Of a stretch of 64,000 bases of DNA, positions 22,681 to 36,089 are shown in pieces. Source of the stretch: Malacoraja senta (lineage: Eukaryota); the NCBI GenBank assembly GCA_038087875.1, contig CM075988.1:19594001-19658000 (forward strand). Reading direction: 5' to 3'. The translations under genes and the position numbers were made by a program. Position 1 is the first letter of the stretch. The number at the start of each line of letters is the position of its first letter. The notes under the pieces were generated by a model. That model did no database searches. It was given only the letters and a program-made list of their open reading frames with translations, and was not told the origin of the DNA.

Positions 22681-22772
22681 CCCTGCAGGTGGTGCAAAGA
22701 GAAAAAAAGAACAAAAGTGCAGAATATAATACTATGGTGTTAATGTGTTACTGTTACAGAGAAGAAGTCTAA

Positions 22773-23300
22773 TTGGCCTGTCTCACTTAGGCGATTTTTT
22801 CGGCGACTGCCGGCGACTGTCATAGTCGTAGTAGGTCGCTGAAAAACCGGCGTCTGGATCACCCTACGACAATGTCGACGACAACCTACCTCCTAGTCGA
22901 CGTCAAGCTACCGACAACCGGTGACCTATTAGGGCGTCCACCTACGACCACACCTACGATAACTTACGTCCACCCACCACAAGCTACGACAAGATAAGAC
23001 AATTCAGTTGCCGGTACTGCCGCCGGTTGACGTAGGTTGATGTAGGTAGTCACCAATGGAATTCACCGAAGTCAGCACTGGCGACAACCTACGTCACCCT
23101 GGCGACAACCTACGTCAGACTACGATCGTTGGCGTCAAGCCCTTGCGTGCCGACTGTTGCCGAAATTTTTTGAAATCCAACGGCGACCAGAAAAAAGGTA
23201 CGACTCTTTGGATGACTGAGGAGACCATACAGGCGACACCCCAGCGACCATGTGGCGACAGCCTAGTCGCCTGTAGTCGCCCCCAAAAATTGCCCCTAGT
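22773..23300. mobile_element. Harbinger-like MITE, right TIR tip lost and fused to a V-SINE 3' half
   Basis: Left end TAA|TTGGCCTGTCTCACTTAGGCGATTTTTT. Internal CTACGAC/GTCGTAG repeats. The right subterminal GTCGCCCCCAAAAATTGCCCCTAGTG runs directly into SINE sequence. Confidence 0.7.
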
Positions 23301-26300
23301 GTGTGTCGGATAGTGTAATTGTGCGGGGATCGCTGGTCAGCGCAGACTCGGTGGGCCGAAGCCACTGTTTCCGCACTGTATCTCTCAACTAAACTAAACT
23401 AAACTAAACTTATCATTTGGTGAGATGGGTTCAAGACTCACAACATATTCTATTGTGAAGCAAACAAATTAATTCAGCAACAGAGTCTAAAGACCAGAGG
23501 AGTGTGGTCGAGATCAATAACATTAATGCGGAACGATGGAAGCTGCGGGAAGCGGGAGACAGGTCATCAATGCTTCAGCAATAAATGGAACCTTAGTCTC
23601 ACTTTAACCATAACTTTCAGACACCAAAACAAGGCGTTTTTTAAATCAGTGATTTATGGTTCTGCCTGTTCTGCTGACAGTTCCCAATCAACACGTCAAA
23701 CTTCCTTCTGTTCCCAGTTGGAGATCAACTTGTCGTACGCTGGATTTTTATCTGACGTGGGGGGGAGAGTCCAGGACCAGTGGGCACAGCCTCAGAATAA
23801 AAGGACGTACCTTCAATAAGGAGATGAGGAAGAAGTTCTTTAGTCAAAGCGTGGTGGATCTGTGGAATTCATTGCCATAGGCAGCTGTGGAAGTCACTAA
23901 GTTATTTTAAAGCAGAGATCAACAGGTTTAGCATTAGTTTTATTTAGTTTATTTTATCATGTATTGTCTTTCCGCTGACTAGTTAGCAGGCAGCAAAAGA
24001 TTTTCACTGTATGTGACAATAAACCAAACTCAAACTCAAACTCAAACTCAAATCGTTGATACAATCCACAAATAGCAATTTACTCAATACCCTGACTGAT
24101 GAAGGCCAATGTACCAAAATCCTTCTTCATCATCCTATCTATGTGCGATGCCACTTCGGGGGACTATGTGCTTGTACTCCTAGATCCCTCTGCTCTGCCA
24201 CACTCCCCTGATTCTCTGCCGTTCACCGTGAAGGTCTTGTCCTGGTTCATCCCCCCTAAAATCCGACGTCTCGTCCACCTGAGCCCTTCCCCCGACACGA
24301 GTTGCCGGCACCGTATTTGGGGCAGAGCTGCGCGAACGTTTCCTGCCATCAGATGACAAAAAAAGCAAAAGCTAATCCCCCGTGTGAAGAGGATGAACCG
24401 CGAAAGATGAAAAGAGATTACACTTTAAAGTGCTCTAAGAATGCAAATTAAGTGGGGGGGGAGGGGAGGAAAGAATCTAGCTGCATAAAATATTAAATAG
24501 CAGAGATAAGGTAAACTTAGATCGTTGCTTCTAAGTAATCCAAGAAATCAAAAGCAGAGGATATAAATAGAAATAAGTAAATGTACATGTGGAATAGATG
24601 TTGAATTATTCAATGGATTGTACGCGTTAGAATCCATTCCCACAAGCCATGTATACAACTTAAAACTCCAGACTTTCTGCATTGAAAGCTGAATTCTTAA
24701 TTTGATTAACTACGTGCATTGGCATGTTTAGGAGTCTCCAAAACTAACAAGGTAAAGTGAACCCATCGAAATTATCCAGTCCCAAGACCCCTTATGAAAA
24801 GAGTGGGCACGTATCGAGAGAATGGAATGACTGCTATTGAAATGTAGCTGCGTTTAGAATCACAGTCTGGTACGGAAACACTGACAGTCACTCACCACAC
24901 AGAATACAGCGCATTGTCTCCAAGGCCTCTAGGATCATCAACTCTCCCCTCCCCTCAATCCATTCCATTTACCTCCAACGTACCTCAAAACGGGCAACAA
25001 AGATCATCTCGGACCCCTCCCATCCAGCAAACCACCTTTTCCAGTCTCTCCCTTCAGGGAGGCGCCTTAGGTCACTTGCTACAAAATCCACCCGTTTTAA
25101 AAACAGTTTCTTCCCCTCAGCAATAAGAACACTTAATTCCCTCCAATAACTTTTTGACTTTGATGTATACAGTGTCTTGTCTATGGTTTTTGTCTGTTCT
25201 TTTGCACTATGTATTGTTGGTGAGATTTGTGATTTGTGATGTGCTTTATTATTATTGTTGTTAGTGTTAATGTGCTAAAGCAGTGTACCATCATGTACCG
25301 AACCCAATTACCACCAACCCTGGTCGTGTGGCAAATAAAGTTTCTATTCTATTCTATTCTAAATGCCTCACACCCACTGTAAGGCCTCATAAGAATCCAA
25401 AAAAGTGCATTCAGACATTCACCCAAAAAGATTCCTGCAATGGAATTGTATTTAGTCATGAGTCTCGGAGGGAATCAGTTACAGTTATGTGCAGACAAGT
25501 GGCCGGTGGAATTTAATCTGGGCAAGTCAGAGCCATTGCACTTTGGGAGGTAAAATGTAAGGGGAGCGCATACTCTTAATCAATCCCTCCTTAACTCTAT
25601 CCACCTATCACTCACCAGCATTCACCATACCCTTTCCCCTCACCTCTTTCTATCAGCTATCTCCCCTCTACCCCAGTCCTGAAGATGGGTCCAAACCTGA
25701 AATGTCTTCTGTCTACTCCCTCCACAAATGTTTGCTGGCCCGCTGAGTTCCTCTACTACTTTGTTTATTACTTAAACATCTCTTTTTTTTTTACACTGCT
25801 CACAACTGGATAATAACCACATAGTCTTTTCTTTGACTGGATAGCACGCAACCTTTAGGAAAACACAAAGCGCTACAGGAAGGAGATGAGAAGGAATTTC
25901 TTCAGTCAGAGGGTGGTGAAGCTGTGGAATTCATTGCCACAGATGGCTGTGGAAATTGTCATTGAGTACTTGTATGGCGCAGATTGACAGATTCTTGATT
26001 AGTAAGGATGTTGGGGGTTATGGGGAGAAGGCAGGAGAATGGGGTTGAGAGGGAGAGATAGATCAGTCATGATTTAATGGCGGAGTAGACTTGATGGGTT
26101 GAATGACTTTATTCTAATCCTATAACTAATGGACATGCTGGAGGAACTCAATTGGTCAGACAGCATCTGGGGAGGGAATGGGCTGTTGATGTTTCGGGTT
26201 GGGACCCTCCTTCCGACTCAGCAAGAAATGTAAGCATTTTGTTTCTGCTTCTCAAATACAACACAACCGTTTCCCTGATTTCCCATTCTGCTCTTTACTT

Positions 26301-26827
26301 TACTGCTTGATGCGGCCCTGAAGGTATCCAATTACTTTCTCTGTCCTGCTCTATTCAACGAGACAACACAAAGAAGTCTCAATGAACCCCTGACTATTCA
26401 TTTTGAATAATAGACTGAGCCTCACTGGATTAACTGTGTGTTGCTTATGCATCTTGTTATATGATCAGAATTGAATACTTGAGGCCTGAAGCTTGTTAAT
26501 GCTGCTATCGATATGAGTAGTTCCTTCCTACTAATCTAATTGAAGCACGGATTTCAAGAGAGTGGATTTGAATAATCAAAGAACTTGTGTCGGCAAAAAA
26601 TATTGATCCAAATGGGAACTGGAATTTGCGTTGCCTGTTTATCTGAAGATGCAGTTATGCAAGACACACAAACACTAATACATGATCAAAGTCAGCAAAC
26701 ATTCACATGGACCTGTTCAGAATAAGGAAGGAAGCACAATGTTTGGTTAGAGTGCACTGCAGACTAGATTTTCACTGTGAGTTTTGGAAAGCTCTGCCTT
26801 AGATTGTGGTAAAGGATGAGAATCACC

Positions 26828-27480
26828 AGTGGTTCAGCTGGTAGAGCCGCTGCCTCACAGCGCCAGGGACCCCGGTTCGATCCTGACCTCAGGTGCTGTC
26901 TGCGTGGAGTTTCCACAATCTCTCTGTGGCTTTGTGAGTTTCCTCCGGGTGCTCCGGTTTTCTTCCACATCCCAAAGATGTGCAGGTTTGTAAGGCTAAC
27001 TGGCACCTGTAAATTGCCCCTGGTATGTAGGGAGTGGATGAGAAAGTGGGATAACATAGAACTAGTGTGAAGAGGTCATCACTGGTCGGTGTGGACTCAG
27101 TGGGCCAAAGGTCCTGTTTCCCTGCTGTGTCTTTCAATCAATCAAAAAACAAGATGCAAATGTGATGCATAGTAACAGACGGCAGTGGCGCAGCGGTAGA
27201 GTTGCTGTCTTAATGCCAGAGACCCGGGTTCGATTCTGATTACGGGTGCTGTCTGCACGGAGTTTCTATGCTCTCCCCCGTGACCGCTTGGGTTTTCTCT
27301 GGACACTCCGGTTTCCTCCCACACTCCAAAGACATGCAAGTTTGTAGGTTAATTGGCTTTGGTAAATGTCCCTTGTGCATAGGGTAGTGCTAGTCTATGG
27401 AGATTGTTGGTCGCCGCAGACTCGGTTGGCCAAAATGCCTGTTTCCGGGCTGTATCTCTAAACTAAACTAAAATAAACTA
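26828..27480 (+). mobile_element. Two tandem V-SINEs (26828-27145, 27180-27480)
   Basis: Each has an A/B box head, V-core and tail. Confidence 0.88.
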
Positions 27481-28821
27481 AATGGAAACAAAGACGGAAT
27501 GAGAAAAAATAGACAAAACTGAAAAGATAAAAAAAGAAATTGCTGCCTGAAAAGTTACCATTTTTAAAAGCTCCAGCAACAGTTTGCAAACTTAAATAAT
27601 GAGACATCAGGATATACATTGTTTTGTTTCTGGGTCCGAGCTTGACAATCGATGGTCGACATGGACTCAGTGGGTCCACGGGCCTGTTTCATGCTGAACT
27701 AAAGTGAACTAAACACTCCTTGAATTTATTCCCTGCATTTCAGAGAGTCGTTTTTAAACAATCCCGTGTGGGATTTGGCAGTTCATTGCCTTTCCCTTGA
27801 TTTCCTACAAAGACGATGAAGTGGACGAGACGGGCATTTTCCAGACCCACTTGTGAGGGGCTTACAGGAGTCAAGAGTGAAGAATGTTTCATTGTGACAT
27901 GTACCAACATTAGATTTGTTGTACCAATGAAATTCCTAGTCACAACAGTTTAGCAGGTCCATTAATGAAATTACACACATTGGCTCAATTATGGTAGAGG
28001 TATAGATGAATGTCCATCCTCGGTTGTTTCGTTCATCACAGGAGAACTTACTTGTTGAAACATAGAGACATGGAGTACAGAAGATATGCATTTGTCCCAT
28101 CCTGTCAATGGCAGCCAAGTTAACACCCTACCCCATCCCACATCTGTAGCCCAGTGAGGTGCAGCACACCAAACACTGATCTGTGCACTTCTGGTATAAT
28201 GTGATGAGGACTTCTGCCCTCACTCCATGCTCAGACCGGGCCACTCCATCTTCTCCCCTCTCCCATCAGGCAAATGGCATAGAAGTATGAAAACACACAC
28301 CTCCAGATTCAGGGACAGTTCTTCCCAGCTGTTATCAGGCAACTGAACCATCCAACCAACAACTAGAGAGCAGTCCTGAGTTACTATCTACATCATTGGA
28401 GAGCTTTGGTCGGACATTACTGGACTTTGTCTTGCACCAAATATTATTCATGTTATTCCCGTTATCATGTATCTGTACACTGATTGTAATCTAGGAGGCT
28501 CAATTGTAATCATGTATTGTCTTTCCATTGACTGGCTAGCATGCAACAAAAGCTTTTCACTGTACCTCGGTACACGTGACAATAAACTAAATAAAATGAA
28601 CTCAAACACAAACATTTTCTGTCTATCTTCGGTGTAAACCAGCATCTGCAGTTCCTTCCTACACAGGTTGAATATGCACATACTTTGGTGAAAAGACAAT
28701 TCCCTCACTCCTCTCTATACCATCCATCTTATCTCTGAGTTCCCTTCTTGCCGTTATGGGTACATAGAGAATTTGAGTCTACCATGTCCAGGCTTCTGAA
28801 CATTTTTAACCTTTCCTCAAA

Positions 28822-29070
28822 ACTACCGAGTCCGTGCCGACCAAGAGTAACACATACACTAGTTCTATCCTGCACACCAGGGACAATTTACAAAAGTTAA
28901 TTAAACTCCACAAATGCACATCTTTGGGATGTGGGAGGAAACCGGAGCACTGGGAGAAAACCAACGCCGTCACAGGGAGAACGTACAAAACTCCATACAG
29001 ATTCGCACCTGTAGGATCGAACCTGGGTCTCCGGCGCTGGAAGGCAGCAACTCTACCGCTGCACCACTGT
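28822..29070 (-). mobile_element. V-SINE (3'-truncated)
   Basis: A/B boxes and V-core on the minus strand. Confidence 0.82.
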
Positions 29071-29337
29071 AATGTAAAGGTACTTACATAGCATCATCAA
29101 AATCAAGGCACCACAGTTGGAGTTTAAAACAGGTTTTATTAGGATCACACAGGCTGTTGGTGAGACCACCATTAGAATAGATTATTCAAGTTTGGCCTTT
29201 TTAACCTAAAAAAAGATATAGTAACATTGGAGGCAGTCCAAAATAGATTAGCCAGGCTATTTCCCGAGATATGAGGGTCTTTTATCCGGAGGGTGAAAAG
29301 TTGGGCCGATATTCTCTGATGTTTAATCTTATTAACG

Positions 29338-29576
29338 GCCGCGGGACTTGCCATCGCCCGCCGGGGGCTTTAACATCGGGAGAAGAATGGAACACAGGGG
29401 AGAGACAAGACTTTGCCTTCCATCACAGTGAGAAGGAGATTCACTGTGATAGATGTTTGTGTAAATTGTGTTGGTTGTGTGTGTCTTGGTTCTTTTCTTG
29501 TTGTATAACGGCAGAAACCAAATTTCGTTTGAACTTCATTTGAGGTTCAAATGACAATAAATAAATTGTATTGTAT
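29338..29576 (+). mobile_element. Truncated GC-rich retroposon with a REX1-type tail
   Basis: GCCTTCCATCACAGTG core, TTGAACTTC-ATTT-GAGGTTCAA hairpin, GACAATAAA. Confidence 0.7.
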
Positions 29577-29749
29577 AATTATTAAAACATAGGACATAGA
29601 ACAGTCCAGCACAGGTGCAGGCCTTTTGGCCCACAATGTCTGTGCCAAACATGATGTCAAGTTAAACTTACCTCCTCTGCCTGCATTGATCCATATCAAA
29701 GAGCAAAGAGTACCATTTGTTCATGTCCAGTGTTGATCCTGTCTTGCTG

Positions 29750-30062
29750 TTTAGTTTAGTTTAGTTTAGTTTAGAGATAAAGCACAGAAACAGGCCCTTC
29801 GGCCCACTGAATCCGCAACAACCAGTGACCCTCGCACATGAACACTACCCCACACACACAAGGGACAATTTTACATTTATACCAAGCCGATTAACCTACA
29901 AACATGTATGTCTTTGGAGTGTGGGAGGAAATCGAAGATCTCGAAGGAAACACACGCAGGTCACGGGGGAAACTCTGTAAAGACAGCACCTGTAGTCAGG
30001 ATCGAACCCTGGTCTCTGGCACTGTAAGGCAGTAGCTCTACCGCTATGCCACCATGCTGCCC
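29750..30062 (-). mobile_element. V-SINE
   Basis: (GTTTA)n tail on plus, head at ~30060. Confidence 0.88.
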
Positions 30063-31049
30063 TGCTGTAACTCAGCACCATTTACAGACCGGCCTGAGTT
30101 ATGTGCATGGGCCCTCCTGCAAGTTTCTAGGTCGAGTGCACAAATTTGCAATCTATGCAGGGAGATGAGATCAGTTTAACTTGGCATTACGTTCAGCACA
30201 GACTCCATGGGCCGAAGTTCCTGTGCTACATAGAAATGTAGAAACATAGAAAATAGGTGCAGGAGTAGGCCATTCTGCCCTTCAAGCCAGCACTGCCATT
30301 CAACATGATCATGGCTGATCATCCAAAATCAGTACCCGGTCCCTGCTTTCTCCCCATATCCCTTGATTCCGATAGCCCTAAGAGCTCAATCTAACTCTCT
30401 CTTGAAAACATCCAGTGAATTGGCCTCCACTGCCTTCTGTGGCAGAGAATACCTGTTGTATTCCTGTGGTGCTGTACTGTTCTATGTCCTATGTTCTAAA
30501 TTCTGTCCATCCCAGACCAAACCTGAGCTCACCCAGAGTGCACTACTGTTGTTGCCACGAGACCATTTTGATGAATTATTTGAGGTGTTATTCGGTTAAA
30601 TGAATTGCACGGCGCACAGTTTAATTTGTATTGACTTCCTCTGGTACGGCTTGATTAAAGGGTTGGCTTGTTAACCTGTCCATTGATGTCTGTTTTGTGT
30701 TGTGCAGTTTTTAATTTGTCTTAGTACTGGATCCTTCTTATCTTTGCAATACCTCCTTAGAATGTCCTCTCTATTAAGAGAAAGCAGAACTATAAAGAAA
30801 GGTTGCAATATTAAAGTGGTAAAATCCGTTGAATCAAAAGAAAATCTCTATCACAGCAAACCCAGGTTAACTGGTGAGGTGATGATTAGTTCACTCCTTG
30901 GCCAAGATGTACCTCTACTGTGAATCTAATTTCACTGCTTAGAATTTCTTCATGATGATTGTACAATTTATCTTGAAATTCTAACACCTGCTTAAAGCTC
31001 ATTATTGAAGAAAACATTATTTACACCATGTCTGAATGTTAATAAAACA

Positions 31050-31340
31050 GTATCGTAGCGGTAGAGCTGCTGCCTTACAGTGCCAGAGACCCGGGTTCGA
31101 TCCTGACTACGGATGCTGCCTGTACAGAGTTTGTACGTTCTCCCTGTGACCGCGTGGGTTTTCCACGGGTGCTCCGGTTTCCTCCCACATTCCAAAGATG
31201 TACAGGTTTGTAGGCTAATTGGCTTTGGTAACATTGCAAATTCCCCCTAGTGTTTCGGATAGTATATGGGGTTATTGCTGGTTGGCGTGGACTCAGTAGT
31301 CTGAAGAGCCTGTTTCCACCTTGTATTTCTAAAGTCTAAA
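31050..31340 (+). mobile_element. V-SINE
   Basis: B box GGTTCGATCC and V-core GTGGGTTTTCCACGGGTGCTCCGGTTTCCTCCCACA. Confidence 0.88.
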
Positions 31341-31985
31341 GGAACAGGCCCTTTACCCCCCAATGTCATATGGTCATAAGTTCAAAAGGAATAGGGGTAG
31401 AATTAGGCCATTCGGCCCATCGTCTACTCCGCCATTCTATCATGGCTGATCTATCTCTTCCTCCTAACCCCATTCTCCTGTCTTCTACCCATAACCCCTG
31501 GCACCCGTACTAATCAAGAATCGATCTATCTCTGCCTTATCCACTGACTTGGCCTCGACAGCCTTCCTCGGCACAGAATTCCACAGATTCACCACCTTCT
31601 GACTAAATACATTTCTCCTCATCTCCTTCCTAAAAGAATGTCCTTTAATTCTGAGGCTATGACATTTAGTCCTAGACTCTCCCAGTAGTGGAAACATCCT
31701 CACCACATCCACTCTATCCAAGCCTTTCATGTCCATGTCTGTGCCGAACATGATGCCATGTTAAACTAATCTCCTCTTCCTGCACGTGATCCATATTTCT
31801 CCATTCCCTGCATATCCATGTCATATCTATAAGTCCCTTAAATGCCACCTTTGTATCTACCTCCAGCACCGTTCCTGACAAAATGTTTCAGGCACCCACC
31901 ATCCTCTGTGTAAAAAAACTTGCTCCACATATGTCCTTCAAACTTTGTCCCTCTCACCTTAAGTTTGCCCCTCTCACTTTAAATG
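31340..31985 (-). mobile_element. Two nested CR1 3' fragments
   Basis: The inner copy (~31367-31733) encodes KGLDRVD...RIKGHSFRKEMRRNVFSQKVVNLWNS. The outer copy's tail resumes on both sides. Confidence 0.82.
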
Positions 31986-32408
31986 TGTATTGTTAATTTG
32001 CATTAAATTATAAGCCTAGGTAGAACACCAAGGATTTATTTCCCTCAGCAGTTGATAAGTGGAGGGCAAAGATTTAAGCTATTTGACCGAGGGAAGTTGA
32101 GGGGATTATTTATTTAGCCAAAGAATGGTGGGAATCTGGGGTCATGGCCTGACAGACAGGTCAAGACAAAAACCTTCATCATGTTTATCATCTTCATCAG
32201 CTTTCTCTCCCTCACTAAAATCAGTCTGAAGATGTGTCCCATCCCAAAACATCAGCGGTCCATGTCCTCCCGAGAAGCTGCCTGAACCGCTGAGTTCCTC
32301 CAGCAATTTGTGTTCTCCATTCATCTGGTTAAACCAAAGACAAGTGAAAGCATAAAACAAAGTGATGGAGGAACTCAGTGGTTCAGGCATCTGTGCAGGA
32401 CATAGATA

Positions 32409-34023
32409 CAGTGGCTTGCAAAAGTTTTCATACCCCTTGAACTTTTCCACATTTTGTCACGTTACAACCACAAACGTAAATGAATTTTATTGGGATTTTA
32501 TGTGATAGACCAACACAAAATGGCGCATAATTGTGAAGTGGAAGGAAAATGATACATGGTTTTCAAATTTTTTTACAAATAAAAAACTGAAAAGTGTCGC
32601 GTGCAAAAATATTCAGCCCCCCTGAGTCAATACTTTGTAGAACCACCTTTCGCTGCAATTACAGCTGGAAGTCTTTTGGGGTATGTCTCTACCAGCTTTG
32701 CACATCTAGAGACTGAAATGTTTGCCCATTCTTCTTTGCAAAATAGCTCAAGCTCAGTCAGATTGGATGGAGAGCGTCTGTGAACAGCAATTTTCAAGTC
32801 TTGCCAGAGATTCTCAATTGGATTTAGGTCTGGACTTTGACTGGGCCATTCTAACACATGAATATGCTTTGATCTAAACCATTCCATTGTAGCTCTGGCT
32901 GTATGTTTAGGGTCGTTGTCCTGCTGGAAGGTGAACCTCCGCCCCAGTCTCAAGTCTTTTGCAGACTCTAACAGGTTTTCTTCCAAGATTGCCCTGTATT
33001 TGGTTCCATCCATCTTCCCATCAACTGACCAGCTTCCCTGTCCCTGCTGAAGAAAAGCATCCCCACAGCATGATGCTGCCACCACCATGTTTCACAGTGG
33101 GGATGGTGTGTTCAGAGTGATGTGCAGTGTTAGTTTTCCGCCACACATAGCGTTTTGCATTTAGGCCCAAAACTGCAATTTTGGTCTCATCTGACCAGAG
33201 CACCTACCTCCACATGTTTGCTGTGTCCCCCACATGGCTTGTGGCAAACTGCAAACGGGACTTCTTATGGCTTTTTTTCAACAATGGCTTTCTTCTTGCC
33301 ACTCTTCCATAAAGGCCCGATTTGTGGAGTGCACGACCAATAGTTGTCCTGTGGACAGATTCTCCCACCTGAGCTGTGGATCTCTGCAGCTCCTCCAGAG
33401 TTACCATGGGCCTCTTGGCTGCTTCTCTGATCAATGCTCTCCTTGCCCGGCCTGTCAGTTTAGGTGGACGGCTATGTCTTGGTAGGTTTGCAGTTGTGCC
33501 ATACTCTTTCCATTTTCGGATGATGGATTGAACAGTGCTCCATGAGATGTTCAAAGCTTGGGATATTTTTTTATAACCTAACCCTGCTTTAAACTTCTCC
33601 ACAACTTTATCCCTGACCTGTCTGGTGTGTTCCTTGGGCTTCATGATGCTGTTTGCTCACTAATGTTCTCTAACAAACCTCTGAGGCCTTCACAAAACAG
33701 CTGTATTTATACTGAGATTAGATTACACACAAGTGGACTCTATTTACTAATTAGGTGACTTCTGAAGGCAATTGGTTGCACTGGATTTTATTTAGGGGTA
33801 TCAGAGTAAAGGGGGCTGAATACTTTTGCACGTCACACTTTTCAGTTTTTTATTTGTAAAAACATTTGAAAACCATGTATCATTTTCCTTCCACTTCACA
33901 ATTATGCGCCACTTTGTGTTGGTCTATCACACAAAATCCCAATAAAATACATTTACGTTTGTGGTTGTAACGTGACAAAATGTGGAAAAGTTCAAGGGGT
34001 ATGAATACTTTTGCAAGCCACTG
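32409..34023 (-). mobile_element. Full-length Tc1/mariner DNA transposon (IR/DR type, Passport-like)
   Basis: 213-bp TIRs (32409-32621 and 33811-34023, about 8 mismatches) beginning CAGTGGCTTGCAAAAG. TA duplicated on both sides (32407-32408, 34024-34025). Outer and inner direct repeats GCAAAAGTATTCA..CCCC in each TIR. Transposase on the minus strand. Confidence 0.97.
32627..33644 (-). pseudogene. DD34E Tc1 transposase, disrupted by one nonsense codon (33204-33206) and one 2-bp deletion (~33026)
   Basis: Three ORF pieces join into one transposase: paired-like HTH N-terminus [46 protein letters not shown] (34 residues between the second D and E), C-terminal KGGSTKY*. Confidence 0.95.
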
Positions 34024-34829
34024 TAGGTGATGTTTCAGGTTGGACTGAAGATATTTTGCTAAATACATCATTTTGAAGAAACTGTGCTGTTGGGAAGGAA
34101 AATCCAGGATTTAGATCCAGGATTTAGATCAAGTGACATTGAAGGACTGATGATGTATTACCAAGACATCTGAACGTTTGAGGCATTAGCTCAAGAGTAG
34201 CTGCTGTTCGAGCTGCAGATATAATGCATGGAACAACATCTGCTATCAATTTACTGTTCAGTAATCAATATGAATTCAAACAATCTGCACAGCAGATCAG
34301 CACAGATGGCATCTCTGATATGCAAAAGTCTCTCTCTTACAGAACTGTTGATGAATTATGTCTGTGATTTCAGAACATTTCCTGTTGAATGTGATTGTTC
34401 AACATGCCAAGCAATGCAATATTCAGGGTTAACTATTGGGACCAGTACAATGTTCCAAGATTTCCACCGTTCTTATGGCACGGGAGCGGTGGGGCGGCTG
34501 CTGGAGGTGATGGACGGTGCGTTTGCGGTGGTTGCAGGCGGTGGTGTTGACTGAGGCGGCTGCGGGAGGCCCTACAGCAGCCGGGCAACTGCACGGGGTG
34601 GTGGTGGAGGGAGCCAACGGCATCGCGCTGGGCCAGGCCCACCCCTACTTCACGGATCCAGTGCCGTCACGACACCGGGCTTTAAAGCCTGAAAATAAGA
34701 AACTGCAGATCTCCTTGGACCAAGATCAGACTTTTCAGAGATTGGAAGTTGCAAGATGGCGCCGGGATGTAGCGACTCCCTGCGTGCTGTTCCAGATAAG
34801 GATCCATTGTACTCATTTATAGTATAATT

Positions 34830-35315
34830 TGAGTTCTGTTTAGTCTATTGTCACATGTACCGAGGTACTGTGAATATTTTTTTGTTGGCTGCTAACCAGT
34901 CAGCAGAAAGACCATACATGATTACAATTAATCCATGTACTGTGCATAGATACATGATAAGGGAATAATGTTTAGAGCAAGGTAAAGCCTGCAAAGTTCA
35001 GTCATGGATTGTCCGAGGGACGTCAAAGAGGTAGATAGTAGTTCAGCACTGCTCTCTGGTTGTGGTAGGATGATTCCGTTGCCTGATAACAGCTGGGAAG
35101 AAACTATCCCTGAATCTGGTGGTGTGCGTTTTCACACTTCTCTACCTTTTGCTTGATGAGAGAGGGCAGAAGTGGAAGTGGCCATCCTTGGTTATGCTGC
35201 TGGCCTTGCCGAGGCAGCGTGAGGTATAAATGGAATCAATAGAAGGGAGGTTGGTTTGTGTGATGGCCTGGGCTGCGTCCACAATTCGCTGCAATTTCTT
35301 ACGGTCGTGGATGGA
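34830..35315 (-). mobile_element. REX1/Babar 3' fragment
   Basis: Reverse complement matches the REX fragments at 28180-28600 and 15250-15520. Confidence 0.75.
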
Positions 35316-36089
35316 GCCTTTGGTCCTGGATGAAGAAGAGACCTGACCCGAAATGTCGTCTGTCCATTCCCTCCACCGATGCTGCCTGACCTACCAGCAC
35401 TTTGAGTTTGCCATAATATGATTTGACTGGACAGCATGCAAAACGATATCTCTGTACACGAGACAATAAATAAACTAAACTAAATGAAAGTTGCAAACCT
35501 CCTGGACAGGCAGAGGGAAATCCAGCTCTCTGTAACAATTTTATTTTCTCACTGTACATATCAAAGACAGAGGATTCATGCATTAATAGAGAAAGCATGT
35601 CAAATTCGAAATTAAGTAGTTAGTGTTTGCAGACCGGATAATTGCACTACAAGGCACAACAAATCCCAAGAACATAAAAGACGTAAAATAGATTTACATT
35701 TGTGCAACCTCCGTTTAACCCAATGTGTTTTACAGCCAACCAGTCCTTTAGAAGTGTGGCTGCTGCTGTAATGTAGGATATGGAATCTCAACGCAGCAAT
35801 CTTTCAGAGATTGACCTCTGTAAATTGCTCGTTGTCTGTAGGGAGCGGAGCATCTTACTTGTAGCAGCATAACAGGCTTGTAGACACAGTAGTCATAGAT
35901 AACATAATAGACACAAAAAAATCTATAGATTGAAAAAAAAATCCCAATACTATTTCAAAAAGCCCGAAGTCTTTAGTGCAACCAAAGACTGTCCATAGTT
36001 CCGAATCAGGGTTAGTGTTCAAGAGCCCGATGGTTATTGGGAAGCTGTTCGTGAACCTGAAGGTCTTGATTTTCGGACTTGCATACGTT

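Noticed and set aside
29415..29460. CACAGTG heptamers as V(D)J recombination signals
   Set aside because: No ACAAAAACC-like nonamer at 12/23 spacing and no Ig/TCR segments. The heptamer is part of a retroposon core.
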